Below are positions 48,593 to 62,359 of a stretch of DNA of 64,000 nucleotides, piece by piece. A program made the translations under genes and the position numbers. Location of the stretch: NCBI GenBank assembly GCA_964016885.1, contig OZ024742.1, forward strand, positions 256,060,001 to 256,124,000. Reading direction: 5' to 3'. Within the stretch, counting starts at the first letter, position 1. The number at the start of each line of letters is the position of its first letter. The notes beneath the pieces were generated by a model, which did not search any database, was not told the DNA's origin, and saw only the letters and a program-made list of their open reading frames with translations. Source of the DNA: Eledone cirrhosa. Its lineage: Eukaryota.

Positions 48593-49147
48593 ATATATAT
48601 AATGCATTTTATTCAGTTTTATAAGTAACATTACAAATTGTTTATAATTCTTACAGAATGAAAATATAACACTAAATGAATCCCTGAGTTAGGCTTATTA
48701 TTTAAAAAGAAATATTTATTATTTATAAACAATTTATGTTTGGTATATCAGTTGTGATATAATCGTCCATTCTTCTATAACTGATGCTTAAAAAAATAAA
48801 ACAAAAAACGAAACAAATAGCTCAACAAAGTTTGAGAACATATATATATATACCTTCCATATATTGTACCGATTGTGTTGTTATTCCTGTTTACCTTTTA
48901 CATACATACAAACACACACAAACATATATATATTTAGAGAATTGGATTAACAATTGTGTTTCGATTTCCGAACCGGGCGATGCGTTATGTCATTGAGCAA
49001 GACAATTTATTTCACGTTGCTCCTTCTACCTGGAGTTGCGACCGATAGTTAATATTAGCAATTGGAAAGACCAATGGAAACATTGTTTCCTCGGACCAAT
49101 TAGACGAAAGTTGATCGACTGTCGATATATATATTTATAAATATACA

Positions 49148-49183
<36 letters not shown>

Positions 49184-50425
49184 AATATATATACATATTT
49201 ATAAATATATATATATTTGAAAATGTTATAACTTGCTACAAATCATTAACGACTATAAAATAGTTGACCAGGTCATATTCGTTACACACTTCGGTATGGT
49301 TATGACAGCGGACCGGCAAAAGGCAGATGTGGGGCCCTGCCTCAGACGGATGTCTTTGTCCAGATTTCTCAGTCTCGATGGGTAATTTACCTGACATATT
49401 CTAGTATTTTGTTATAATTGCGACAGCTTTTCATACGAAAAGCGAATACATTTCATATTACTAGCTTTTCCCAGTTTTTACTTAAGAATTTTAGTTTATA
49501 TATATATTTATATATATATATATGTGTGTGTGTGTGGGTGTGTATGTGTGTGTGTGGGTGTGTGTGTGTGCGTGCATATATATATATATATATATATATA
49601 ACTAATTCAGTTTGAGATTCCGTTGAGAGAGCTACATATAAGAGAGTTCCATAATATGACCAGAGAGATTAAGATCTCCTAAATGAATGTATCTCAGGAT
49701 TTTCTGAACATGTTAGATTGCCTGACGATATAACTATCAACTTGATTGATCATCCAGGACCATGCATGTCATCATTGGCCTTCATCGATCCTCTCTGTAC
49801 TACATACACTAATAGAGAATGAAGTGCCAATACATCTTCCTGGGTGTTCTGCCAAAATCGGAACACTTATATATTTCATCAACTATTCCTCCAGCCTATA
49901 CAATATAAACTATGTTGTTATAAAATATGATACACTTGACGGTTAAATTCGCCAGGCTGGATATATTAAGAATGTTATTCAAACGATATTTGTTAATTTT
50001 ACTGCCCATAATAGTGTTAAAAACACACCATCTCATGAAATTGTATGAATCTCAACGCGGGTGTAGCCGTAAACAGATGAGCATGAGCTGTGTACAGCCA
50101 ACCTCGCGTTGAGGTTCCTACAATTCTATGTGGATGTGGTGTTTTGGGCTTTTTTACGGTCATTAAAATTGATACACACACACACACACACACACAAACT
50201 CATGCTTAAGCACGTGCTCAAGTATAGCTCTTTTTACAAATAGTTTTGTTTTCCATTTCAGGCGCGCCATCATCCACTTTTCTAAAAAACAAATCATATA
50301 TAAAACGCCAGCAACAACAGTTTTGCAAGATATGTCATCATGAATGGACCTGTTATTTTTATCTAAAGACATTCTTTCCAATTCCATCCCGCCCGTCCCC
50401 TTAATCTATCTTATTTCTCATTCTT

Positions 50426-50461
50426 TCTTCTGATGAAGGACTAGAGTCCGAAATGTTATGA
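50426..50461 (+). ncRNA. Minimal hammerhead-like motif, degenerate in stems III and I
   Basis: tctt-CTGATGA-a-ggac(taga)gtcc-GAAA-tg-TT-atga; homologous to 59355-59390. Confidence 0.5.
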
Positions 50462-50696
50462 CCCTCTTCCTGCTATATCAAGCGTTAACCTAATATATAC
50501 TTTCCATATAATGAACCGATTGTGTTGTTATTTCTTTTACACACACATATATATATATATATATATTAATAATTATATATATATATATATATATACATAT
50601 AATATATAATTTAGTATCCTTGAAATATGTATAATAAAATAAATATGATGCTATTGTGATATATTTTCCATTTATTACTATTGTTACTATTATAAT

Positions 50697-50729
<33 letters not shown>

Positions 50730-51680
50730 ACAATGAGTTATAGGCTTCGTTGATAAGTATTCAACAGAGTTATATTCATTACAGATATGAAGCACTCTAA
50801 AGCAAAATTTTATCTGGAGTATTATAATAGTAACAATAGTAATAAATGGAAAATATATCACTATAGCATCATATTTATTTTATTATACATATTTCAAGGA
50901 TACTAAATTATAGTATGCTTTCAGCAGAACAAATACAATATTTGATGTATAAGATAATGACATACCCCAAATATAGACCTCAACGGTCAACTTACAATGG
51001 GTATGTGAATTAAAATATCAAAATTTTGTAGGATGTAAATTAGAGGTCAGATAGTAACATATGCCAAACTGGCATATACCTTCGAAGGTACTTGGTGTTT
51101 ACCGCAGTAAGCTGATGTTAATGTTGGTGAGTTCGTCAGCGACTGTAAACCAAGCGCGAAGAAACATTGTTTAATAGCAATGTAGGGACTATAATACTTG
51201 TGATAAAAAAAAACTCTGATGAGGGCTGGACAGCAGGTGATCGTCATTGGAGAAAGATTTCCGGCTCTTAACTTACACTCTAAGCGAGTCGGCCTCATAC
51301 AGGTCATGACTCCTTCAGATGATATGTAGTTATTTGGATATCAAAAACGTCTTGTTTATTTATACTATATGGAGATTTCATCGACATTATTATATTACTG
51401 ATATCTCACAGTGTTAATCCTTTTACTTTCGCGGATTAGCGCTGATAAAGAACATTGCACGTTAAACGGAAATTCGTAACATTCAGTCTTCTAAGGAAAA
51501 CAATATAAGACAATATCATACATCTATCTGTACTTTCATCCTTATGGGGTCGATAAAATAAAGTACCAGTAATGCACTGGTTAATTGCTGGCCTTGTGCC
51601 TAAAGTAGAAACAATTATTTCTCTTTCTTTCTCTCACTCTCTCTCCACTCTTTCTCTCTCTCACTCCCTCTCTCTCTATA

Positions 51681-51714
<34 letters not shown>

Positions 51715-51719
51715 AATAG

Positions 51720-51767
<48 letters not shown>

Positions 51768-51817
51768 GTGTGTGTGTATGTGTGTGTGTGTGTGTGTATA
51801 TAAATATATATACATGC

Positions 51818-51869
<52 letters not shown>

Positions 51870-52499
51870 TTGTGTACATACATACACACAAGAACACATA
51901 CGTACACAAATGTATATATATTATATGTAGGAATTAAAATTATAATAGTACGATCCATACAGAAACTCAAACAGAGTGAGACGTGATGAGATAAAGAGAG
52001 CAAGAGTGAGAGTTATGTGTCTCAATAGAAAACCAATTAAAAAAGGAATGTAAATTTATTATGATAGATTATATCTGCGAGTACGTTTTTAAAAGATACG
52101 ATATTCTCTCCAAAAGTCAAAAATACAGGTGAAAATATTTTAATGCGTTAATTATAATAGCGAATTTCAAAATACTTCTAATTTCATATCAAGTGGTGTC
52201 ACCTTGGCTTTTATACGTTCGTGCTCAATATATAAGTCCCAGTCTAGTAATATGTTCCATTGTTCCTTCATATACCAATCCCCATTCGACTTTCTGACAT
52301 GGGCTGAATATCCATCAATTTTAGTCGAGTTCAAAAGAAATTAAACGCTTCTATCTTTTGAGGGTTAATCGCAGAATAAATACTCTCTTATACTGGATGA
52401 TGACTGCGATGGGGGATTGGTTTTCATCAGGCTCGAGAAGACGCTCAACACACACACATATGTACTCATTTCACACACACAGAAATACGCACACGCACG

Positions 52500-52569
<70 letters not shown>

Positions 52570-53085
52570 TATATATATAACTGTGTACTATTTATAAATT
52601 ATTTATTAATTCTTTTGCCAGTGATTGTAAATATAGATGATTATATGTAGATCCTATTTCATACAATCATATCCATGTAAATAATACGAAATCATACACT
52701 GACTGTAAATAGTTCATAGTAAAATATGAAACAATTGACCGTGTAAATGAGAAATCTATATTAATTATAATATACAAGAATTGTTAGAAATATAAATATA
52801 ATTAGTCATATACAATACAGTAAAATCTGTGATCTTCGATCTAAAGGTTTCTTGTCTTTAAAGATCATTACGTCTGTTTAGCAATAATTACAAACAATTC
52901 AACATTAATGACATTCCAACATTTGCCTGGGAAATATTGATCTTTCAGTATTTGTATAACTTCCGATTTGATTACCTTTGTTGATATACAGAATCTTGCG
53001 CACATACAAAGAGTATCCATATATGCATAATACATACATAAGCGTATAATAAATATATATATATGTATATATACACACACACACA

Positions 53086-53148
<63 letters not shown>

Positions 53149-53149
53149 T

Positions 53150-56100
53150 TAAGTCGTTTGGAAGACTCGACAATGCACATGGGTAAATCTCCGGGTAACA
53201 AGATCCGGTGGTGGAGAGAGAGATGTAAGTGGGTGTACGTTGAGATGCGTGGTGTGTATAAGACGTGTAGAAGAATGAAGGAAAGAGTATAAAGGATAAA
53301 ATAAAAATAAGAACACGAGAGAGAGTTACCTTGGGAGAGATTTAATTGTCCCTATATATTTCGGATTCACATCCATCAACTGGGGTTTTTTCCGGGGTGG
53401 GGAAAGGTTGTCTATCGGAAAGGTGCGAAACGCGTCCTCCGTTGTTGGTTGTTTTGAATATCTGAGGTATTCAGCAGAGCGCGCGTGCGCGTGAAATGGG
53501 GTTGGTCGGGCAGAGGTCAGCGGCCGAATGTGGGAGTGGGGTGCTGCTAGCTGTCAGTCCATTCTCTGCCTGTGTGGTAAATGTTACTGTGTGTGTGTGT
53601 GTGCGTGTGTTGTTGTCTCGCTTGAGTGTGTGTGTGTGTTTGCCTTGTTCCTCTGTATTGGCAGTGTAGTATGTTCGTATGGTGGAATATTACTGTATGT
53701 GTGTGCGTGTGCGTGTGTAGTTGTCTCGTTTGTGTGTGTGTGTGCGTGTGTTGCTGCATCGTTTGTTAACTTAAACCAGCCACCTAATTTCGCTTCTCTC
53801 GGATCGATTGTTTATTTGTTTATTTGCGGTGCAAGGCGTTTGATAAAAAGCGCTTCCTTGATACGTAACGTGCCGACGTTTCTTTCAGTCGCTAGAATTG
53901 TGACAATCGCCCTTCCGTCTCTGTTTCCGCATTTGTCTATGTGTTTCCGGAAAGACGAGGCCCTAGTTTTAGTGTGTTCCTTGATCCGGATGTGCAAAGG
54001 TCGGATTGTGCTACCTATATAGTATTGGTTGCACCTGTCACATTCTATCTTATACACGACGTATGTGCGTAGGCAACAGTTCGCATTGCGTATCGGGCAG
54101 TCTCTGAGGGAGCACGCGTAAGTAGATTTCCCGGGTTTCCTGGAGGGGCATCTTCGCAGGGAGGGGCCAGAGTGGGCCAGGTGGATGTCGAGGCCTTCCC
54201 TCCGTATAGCCTTGCGGATAGCGTTGGTGGTATTCTCGCCCAGGTGTAGCATTTTAAGGAAGCACTTGCGTTGGGTGCCTCTCTGTCTCTTGTGTCTGGT
54301 GTCTCCTACTCTGTCTGTGAGCGAGGTAGGGTACCCGTTCGTCTCCAGCACCTCGAGGAATCGCTTGGTACGAGTGACACCACTCGCGGGATCGCTGCAT
54401 CTGTTTTTGATTCGCGCGATATCGTTCGTGATGTATCCTCTTTTGGCACTGTTAGGGACGGCGGACTTGTAGTGAACGAACAGGTCCCTGCAGGCTGCCT
54501 TTCGGTAGAAGTTGCAGTGGATCCTTCCCTGTTCCGTGATGTTGATTCGGAGGTCGAGGAGGGCAAGTGACCCGTCTTCGTTGGGGTGTTCAACACTGAA
54601 GTCAATGTTCTCGTCCGTGTTGTTGAACGTCTCATAGATTCTGTTCGCCGTGTCTTGGGAAGTTGTGAGGATGAGGATATCGTCCACGTACCTTGAGAAA
54701 AAGGCGACGGCGTTGGGGTGGCAGGCGTTGAGTGCCTTGCGCTCGAGGTTGTCCATGTAAGAGATCGCCAGCACACCCGACAGGCTTGATCCCATGGGCA
54801 ATCCCGAGGTTTGTTGGTATGTTTGGTCAAAGAATCCGAAGTAGGTGTTGTGGACGACGATGGATAGGAGTTGGTGGATGTCAGTGGTGGTGAGCCCGAA
54901 GCAGTGTAGGTCGGTGGATTGAACGCGTTCCATCAGTATATTGACGGCCGGGAGTGCCGGGACCGAGGTGTAGAGAGCGACTACATCAAGGCTGAAGGCA
55001 TATCTGTTATTCCTTCTGGTGTCGGGATCCATTTGATGCAGGCGTTTCAACACCTCCTCGGAGCTGTTAACGTGTCCCGGCAAGGTGACTATGATGGGCT
55101 TGAGTATTCTGGCTAGGAGCCATGACATTTTGTAGAGTGGTCCCTCCACGCTCGATACAATGGGCCTGATATTCAGGTCGGGTCTCTGTTTATGTGTTTT
55201 CACGAGGTTGTAGAAGGCGGGTAGTCTGCTGTTCCTCGTGAGGAGGTTGTATTTCAGCTTCTTCGGGAGCTTCCGCCGGTCGCAGATGTTGGTCCAGGCG
55301 GCGTTGATGTGCTCTTCTATCTGCGCGGGAGTGATTCCCGTGACCTTGGAGTAGAGGTTGTCATCGTCAAGGTGTTGGAGGGCCAGGTTGTTGTAGGCCT
55401 CTCTGCTGATGACGCAGAATTTTTTTCCCTTGTCGGAGGGGAGATAGATGAGGTTCTTCGATTTTAGGTTGGAGAGAGCGGTGAGTTGAGATTTGGTGAG
55501 GTTATGTGTTGTGCGTGTGTGTGTGTGTTTGTGAAGTATATCCGAGATGGACTTTTTTAGCCTGATGAGTTTAGTGTCGAGTTCGTGGTTGGTGTGTGGG
55601 GGGTGGAGTGGGTTGTCGGGGTGGTAAGTGGAGAACTTGGGGTGGGTTGCGTGGGCGCTGTTATTTTCTGTGGCGCTGTTGATGGCCGTCACCCATTTAA
55701 GTTGGTAAGCTTCTCGACAAAAGTTGGCCTCGATGTTGAGTTTGAGTCTGTCGTCTAGACGTTGTGAAACGATGAACTTGGGTCCGAGGTTTAGGAGTTT
55801 CAGCTCGTCGCTCGTGAGAGTGCCGGTTAGGTCGGTGACCAGGTGCGTCGCATCGTTGAGGTGTGGCTCGGTGTTGGTGGATGCGGCTGGCGGTTGTTAA
55901 GTTGTTGTTTTCCACGTGGTTCTGGTCTGTCTGTTCGTTAGTGTCGATGTTCTCGTTGTGGCGTTTCGACAAGATCCACTCATATTTTCGCTTGAGCCGT
56001 TTTTTCTCGTATTGGACTCTGGAGTGGTAGCACTGGTCGATTGCTTTAGTGATTTTCAGGAGTAAGTCCCCGGGTGCTATTGACAATCGATGTGTCCGCT

Positions 56101-56170
56101 CTGAGAGTGTCCGCTTATGGACGTGTAATTGGTGGTTGAGATGTCTCAGGATCTGTTTAATACACGTGCG
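53150..56170 (-). mobile_element. Near full-length Penelope-like retroelement inserted in (TA)n
   Basis: Has an N-terminal domain (55697-56170, frameshifted), an RT-GIY-YIG ORF, and a 3' UTR with an HHR-like motif at 53349-53385. (TA)n lies on both sides. Confidence 0.9.
53812..55692 (-). CDS. Penelope-like reverse transcriptase plus GIY-YIG endonuclease (626 aa; frame extends upstream to ~55860)
   Basis: PSDKG, FYNLVKTHK, IRPIVS, FSLDVVALYTSVP, QTSGLPMGS, RYVDD, LALLDL, FYRK, VVYKIECDRCNQYYIGST, LRIKEALFI. The upstream in-frame sequence includes VTDLTGTLTSDELKLLNLGPKF. Confidence 0.92.
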   Translation of the reverse strand: MTAINSATENNSAHATHPKFSTYHPDNPLHPPHTNHELDTKLIRLKKSISDILHKHTHTRTTHNLTKSQLTALSNLKSKNLIYLPSDKGKKFCVISREAYNNLALQHLDDDNLYSKVTGITPAQIEEHINAAWTNICDRRKLPKKLKYNLLTRNSRLPAFYNLVKTHKQRPDLNIRPIVSSVEGPLYKMSWLLARILKPIIVTLPGHVNSSEEVLKRLHQMDPDTRRNNRYAFSLDVVALYTSVPALPAVNILMERVQSTDLHCFGLTTTDIHQLLSIVVHNTYFGFFDQTYQQTSGLPMGSSLSGVLAISYMDNLERKALNACHPNAVAFFSRYVDDILILTTSQDTANRIYETFNNTDENIDFSVEHPNEDGSLALLDLRINITEQGRIHCNFYRKAACRDLFVHYKSAVPNSAKRGYITNDIARIKNRCSDPASGVTRTKRFLEVLETNGYPTSLTDRVGDTRHKRQRGTQRKCFLKMLHLGENTTNAIRKAIRREGLDIHLAHSGPSLRRCPSRKPGKSTYACSLRDCPIRNANCCLRTYVVYKIECDRCNQYYIGSTIRPLHIRIKEHTKTRASSFRKHIDKCGNRDGRAIVTILATERNVGTLRIKEALFIKRLAPQINK

Positions 56171-56552
56171 ATATATGCGGTTATATATATATATATATGT
56201 TGTGTAGGAGGTGAGTTTTATTGTAGCATAATAAAGCAATGCAAATATCGGATAAGTAGCACTCAACAGTTTATAGGACTGGAGTATAAATTATATAAAA
56301 TCAAAAGAAGGTTAAAAGAGTTCCATGTATTTTATTATGCGTATTTCAAAAGCAAATATCATCATGGAATGATATGTTGATGATATGTTGATGATATGTT
56401 GATTTAAAACTTCACTGCTCGCAAGTGTTTTTTAAGCTTCATATCATGTCTCCCTATTTTATCTGATGAGAACGCAAATATCATCCCATGATATTTGTTT
56501 TTGAAATGCTCATAATAAAATACATGGAACACATTAAACCATCTTTTGATTT

Positions 56553-56616
<64 letters not shown>

Positions 56617-56617
56617 A

Positions 56618-56655
<38 letters not shown>

Positions 56656-56694
56656 CATATATACATGCTTATATTTGTATATATATATATATAT

Positions 56695-57729
56695 GTTGAT
56701 TTCGGATTTACAGAAACCTCACTTGGTTATTCAGTAATTTCCAAGTGTTGGTCCAGGTATGTTATATATACAGATATGTTATATATACAGATGTATATAC
56801 ATACATATGTATGTATGTATGTATGTATGTATATTTTTATATGTGTGTGTATGTGTGTGTATGTGTGTGTGTGTGTATATTTCCTTTTCCCACTAGTCAG
56901 TTCTTTCGTTGAGACAGATCACGCGGTTAAATTAGCGGTCGCTATTTTCAATTTGCAAGCCCTTTTAAAATGTATGTTATTACTCTGAGGTTTATTCCTT
57001 GTCGAGTGCTTGGGTCCACTACTGAAGGCATTCGTTGGCTTGGCTGCTGATCGAACTTCGAATATGCTGTACTATTGTATTACTATCTCCTAGATAATGA
57101 TTAATTGATTAATTTAATTTGACAATTCCATTGATTGGTTAATTATTTAAGTTTGTTTAATAACGGTCTGGTTGAGTGCTTAATTCAGTTTGTGTATGGA
57201 ATTTTTTCCATTGCCATAAACTTTGAATTGACCGCCAGAAACCGGGTTTACCCCCCTTTGGAGTTACATGTGCATCACACCGGATTTTGGGTTAGAACGA
57301 AAGCCTGTTGAGAAAGTATATTCCTCTGTTCGAACTTCCAGAAACCTAACTTGTATACACCACAAGCGGATTTTGTTGATTTCGGATTTACAGAAACCTC
57401 ACTTGGTTATTCAGTAATTTCGAAGTTACGGTCCAGGTATGTTATATATACAGATATGTGCATATATGTATGTATGTATATTTTTATATGCATGTATATA
57501 TGTGTGTGTATGTGTGTATGTGTGTATTTCCTTTTCTCACTAGTCAGTTCTTTCGTTGATACAGATCACGCGGCTAAATTAGCGGTCGCTATTTTCAATT
57601 TTTCAATGTGCAAGCCCTTTTAAACTCTATGTTATTACTCTGAGGTTTTTTTTCTTGTTGAGTGCTTGGCTCCACTACTGAAGGCATTCGTTGGCTTGGT
57701 TGCTGATCGAACTTCGAATATGCTGTACT

Positions 57730-57735
<6 letters not shown>
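56695..57735. repeat. Direct duplication, 680-bp period (~1.5 copies); third partial copy at 61850-62050
   Basis: gttgatttcggatttacagaaacc occurs at 56695 and 57375; the cactagtcagttctttcgttg...gaatatgctgta segment occurs three times. Confidence 0.82.
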
Positions 57736-57777
<42 letters not shown>

Positions 57778-58721
57778 TGTATATATATATACATTTCAGT
57801 ATGGTGGTTCACCACTGGATAGAACTGGTGATTACGTATAGCCAATCATGAAGTAATATTGGGAAAAGAATCTACGTTCTACAACTCATTTATCGTTAAT
57901 GTTGAATCTTGTTGGTGGTGCGAGAACGGAGTTAATATTTAGTAAAATGGCAGGAGGTCAGATTGGTGAAATTCCTTCAAAGATTTATTTCAGTAAACAC
58001 TATGTACATTTCAGTGGCCAAGTTACATATGAACCTGGTGACATCATCATGTGTATATTGCATAATGCTTATATAATAATTACCTTAACAAACTATGAAT
58101 TATAAATGTAAAATTCAGTTAATACAGGGTATAGGAGGTCATGATGATTGATATATATATATATATATATTATATATATGTGTGTTTGCATACATACATA
58201 CATACATACATACATACATACATTCAGAATTCACACAGAATTCCACAAATACTTGCATAAGGAATGGATACAATTTGGTTGCATCTCGATTATGCCAATT
58301 GGCATCACTTGATAATTGTCTCACCTATGTGTGTCACGAACAATACTTTTTAGTTATAGGAGTTAATTTGTTTTCTGAATAAGTTGCAGCTAAGTCTTTT
58401 TCGGCCAAGGCTAGTTTATGTCCATGTAAAGCAAGTGAAAGATTGTTAGATCAAGTGACACCTGTGCTTGTAGCTTTGGTAAGTGAAGAAAGGCCTTCTG
58501 CTGGAAGACAGGTATCCAAAAACAAGTACATATTAATATCATTGGTTGCCAGTGGGCTGCAGATTTCCTACTCTTAGAATGATGTTCTATCAACGACCAG
58601 GTGTATGTATGTCACTGAAGGTGGGACAACCGCACGCTAGGACGCCACACCAAGTATTTCCATTTCTCTGTGGATATATATATATATATATTCACAGAAA
58701 AATGGAAATATATATATATAT

Positions 58722-59127
58722 ATATATATTGGTAAACGGAATAGAAAATGCTGACAAATTGTTCACAGTTGAAAAATGGTTTAATTAGGAATAAAAGAGT
58801 ATTAGTGATTGTATGGGTTAGTATTCAGTTGTGGTTTTAAGTTTTTAAGTTTTTACCGGTTGCGCATTTCTAAATGCTTTTCAAAAATAATTTTGAGATA
58901 GAGTGTCCGTGCTGTTTGCTCGAGATCAGAGCAAACAGCACGGACACTCTATCTCAAAATTATTTTTGAAAAGCATTTAGAAATGCGCAACCGGTAAAAA
59001 CTTAAAAACTTAAAACCACAACTGAATACTAACCCATACAATCACTAATACTCTTTTATTCCTAATTAAACCATTTTTCAACTGTGAACAATTTGTCAGC
59101 ATTTTCTATTCCGTTTACCAATATATA
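58722..59127. repeat. Perfect ~400-bp palindrome with a 7-nt loop (58922-58928), carrying an HHR-like motif on each arm
   Basis: gctgtttgctc-gagatca-gagcaaacagc; the motif ttt-TTGAAAA-gcattt(ag)aaatgc-GCAA-ccgg-TA-aaa is at 58963-58999. Confidence 0.9.
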
Positions 59128-59156
59128 ATAACTTGTGTGTTACACCTCTATTCTTT

Positions 59157-59269
<113 letters not shown>

Positions 59270-59354
59270 AAAATTTAAACAGAAATAACAACACAAGCGT
59301 TACAGAATATAGAAGGAATACATTAGTAAAACGCATGAAATGGCAGGAAGAGGA

Positions 59355-59390
59355 TCTTTACGTTTCGGACACTAGACCTTCATCAGAAGA
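59355..59390 (-). ncRNA. Minimal type I hammerhead
   Basis: Minus strand reads tctt-CTGATGA-aggtctagtgtcc-GAAA-cg-TA-aaga. Confidence 0.62.
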
Positions 59391-60417
59391 AAGAATGAGA
59401 AATTAGAAATATCGAAGGGACGAGCAAGGCGGAATCGGAAAAAATGTTTTTAGAAAAAAATAACAGGTCTGATTAATAAATTACCTCATCAGCAGCAACC
59501 TTCTTCAAATGGTGATTATTATCAGCAGCAACAACCACAAGTTCAATGGCAACCTTCTTCAAACCACAAATTCAATGGCAACCTTCTTCGCATGGTGTCA
59601 AGTCAGAACCGCCTCGAACTGGTTACTTCTGGCTTGTGCAAGGTATCTCGATAGCAACCAGCGATTCCCTCGGCCTCAGTGACCAAAGTCAGTGGAGAGG
59701 GAAAGGTAATATTTCTGTAGCACGTGTTTTAGCGTCTATTCACTCTCTCTCTCCCTCTCTCCCTCCCGCTATCCCCCTCTCGTAGTCTGTCTCTTTCTTT
59801 CACACTCACTCTCTCTCTACGCACGTGTTTCCACTGTCGGACAGACAGAGAAATTGCTGGTTATATATATAAGTAGATAATTTATAACTTCATCGCTTTC
59901 ACCTGTTTCATGATTTTCAAAGCTTAAGAGAGACGAAGAGATGTGTGGCTATGCCGACTTGTAACTCACATCTAACTGATGTTTGGAATTTCATTGAGTT
60001 TTATGCAAAAAATATTGTGGCTCAGATGGCTATATGTTGGAAATAAAATTTGATAAATTGAGGAAGATCACGTGAGTAAGCATCGACATTTTTGTAACAT
60101 CATACTAAAAATTGAATGTCGTGCCAAAAAATGACTCAAGTTTAAAATATAATTCGATAGGGTGCGCATGATCCCGTGATAAGCAACTAATTCAATGCTA
60201 CTTTCTTGCCAAAAATAATGGGGGTGTCATGATTCAGTGAATTTGGACATTACCCATTCATATTTTCCGTGTCAAGGGGAGCTGCTATTTTCTTTGTGGA
60301 AATCGCAAAATTTCAAAATTTTACTTTTGTATGTATGAGTATGTGTGTAGAGAGCTTTATTCTTTTTTGTTTTTTGCTACGTCGGAATAACAATAACAAT
60401 AACAATACAAATAATAA

Positions 60418-60985
60418 GGGTTAGAGCGTCGGACCACATGCTTCGCAGCATATATTTACGACCCTTTATGTTCTGAGTTCAAATGCAACCGAGTTTAGTT
60501 TTACCTTTCAGGTCGATAAAATAATTGTTTCTACTTTTTGGCACAAGGCCAGCAATTAACCCAGTGTATTACTGCTACTTTATTTTATCGACCCCATAAG
60601 GATGAAAGGCAAAGTTAACATCGGCGGGATTTGAGCTCAGTCCGTAAAGGGACGTAACTGTGCTACAAAGCATGGCGTCCGACCCTCTACCGATACTGCC
60701 AATCCACCAAAATAATGTACCAGTAACACAGTGGGATCAATTTACTCAATATTTCCCTTCCATTCAAATGGTTGGCCCTGTACCTATATCAGAAATCAGT
60801 ATTACCATTAACACCACTATCAAAATGACAGCCATCAGGTGTTTCTACTTTTGGCACAAGGCCAGCAATTACCCCAGTGTATTACTAGTACTTTATTTTA
60901 TCGACCTCATAAGGATGAAAGGCAGAGTTAAGCTCGGTGGCATTTGAACTCAAATAATGAAGGGACGTAACTCTATGCCAATCCA
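60418..60985. mobile_element. Cluster of tRNA-derived SINE copies (partial + at 60418-60522; - at 60525-60708 and 60840-60985)
   Basis: Same family as 33075-33265. Confidence 0.75.
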
Positions 60986-61049
60986 ATCAGCAAAATGTGC
61001 AAAACATGTACGTTACTGCGTATATATGTGTCTGTGCGTGTGTGTTTGC

Positions 61050-61137
<88 letters not shown>

Positions 61138-61673
61138 TTGGTTGTTCTGGTTCAGTAAGTAGCCGGGTACACAAATATATTTAATTTATTTTGAATAAAT
61201 ATATTCTCTTTTATTAATTCTTGCGTTGTCGTTCTGTGTGTGTGTGCGCTTGTGTGTGAGTGTCTCTGTATATGTGTGTGTGTGTATGTGTGGAGTGTGT
61301 GTGTGTTTCTGTGTGTTGTAATAGCGATTTAATCCGTCCTCTGTTCGGGTACAGTTTGTTTTGTGATAATATAACAATAATGGCTGACTGAATACGGACG
61401 TGTGTTTATCTTTTTCAATTCTTTTTCTGTTTCCTACTTCTTCTCACCCTTTATCTTTCTATTTCATCTTGTAATTCTTATGTTATCTTCTGATGTATTA
61501 TTAGTTACCGAAATGCTAACACTATTTTCTTAATATTTCTAGCGTGACACTAATTGTACTGTGTCGTTCGCTTCGTTAATTCTGGTTACTTTTTCACACA
61601 CACAAATACACACACACAAACACATACACACACACAAACACACACAAGCACACACACGTGCACACACACACAG

Positions 61674-61712
<39 letters not shown>

Positions 61713-61727
61713 TATCTGTATATATAA

Positions 61728-61773
<46 letters not shown>

Positions 61774-62049
61774 GTATGTATGTGTGTATATGTATATATA
61801 TATGTATACATATATGTGTGTGTATGTATGTATATGTGTGTGCGTGTGTGTATTCTTTTCTCACTAGTCAGTTCTTTCGTTGCTACAGATCACGCAGCTG
61901 AATTAGCGGTCGCTATTTTCAATTTGCAAAACCCTTTAAACTGTATCTTATTACTCTGAGGTCTATACCTTGTCGAGTGCTTGGCTGCACTGCTGAAGGC
62001 ATTCGTTGGCTTAGCTGCTACTCGAACTTCGAATATGCTGTAGTTTTGT

Positions 62050-62087
<38 letters not shown>

Positions 62088-62223
62088 CCAAATAAAGAGA
62101 TATGTGTATTTACAGAGAGTGAACGAGCCATATATCGCACAAGAAACACGGTATATTGTATATATATATACCAAATACATATTCAATAGAATAATTTATA
62201 CACAGGTGGAAGCATAAGTGAAG

Positions 62224-62359
62224 CCTTATACCGATATTTCATACCTGGAGAGTATGTCTAAAAATGTATCTCTGTAATCGATCATCGAAAGAAAAAAAAA
62301 TCAATACATTCGATCATCGAAGACAAACTATCGATTAAGATTCAGGTACTCATCAGAGG
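62224..62359 (-). ncRNA. Type I hammerhead with a ~95-nt insertion in stem-loop II
   Basis: Minus strand reads cct-CTGATGA-gtacctg-[~95 nt incl. taatcgat/atcgatta]-caggtat-GAAA-tatcggta-TA-agg. Confidence 0.62.

Noticed and set aside
51216-51265. CTGATGA followed later by GAAA
   Set aside because: No consistent stems I, II or III. The same holds for CTGATGA at ~30357, ~48013 and ~56463.
54185-55116. Overlapping ORFs on other frames within the PLE
   Set aside because: They are shadow frames of a GC-richer coding sequence with no recognisable motifs.
53812-55692. Selenocysteine-recoded (Naiad-type) PLE ORF
   Set aside because: There is no in-frame TGA within the ORF and I could not identify a SECIS element.
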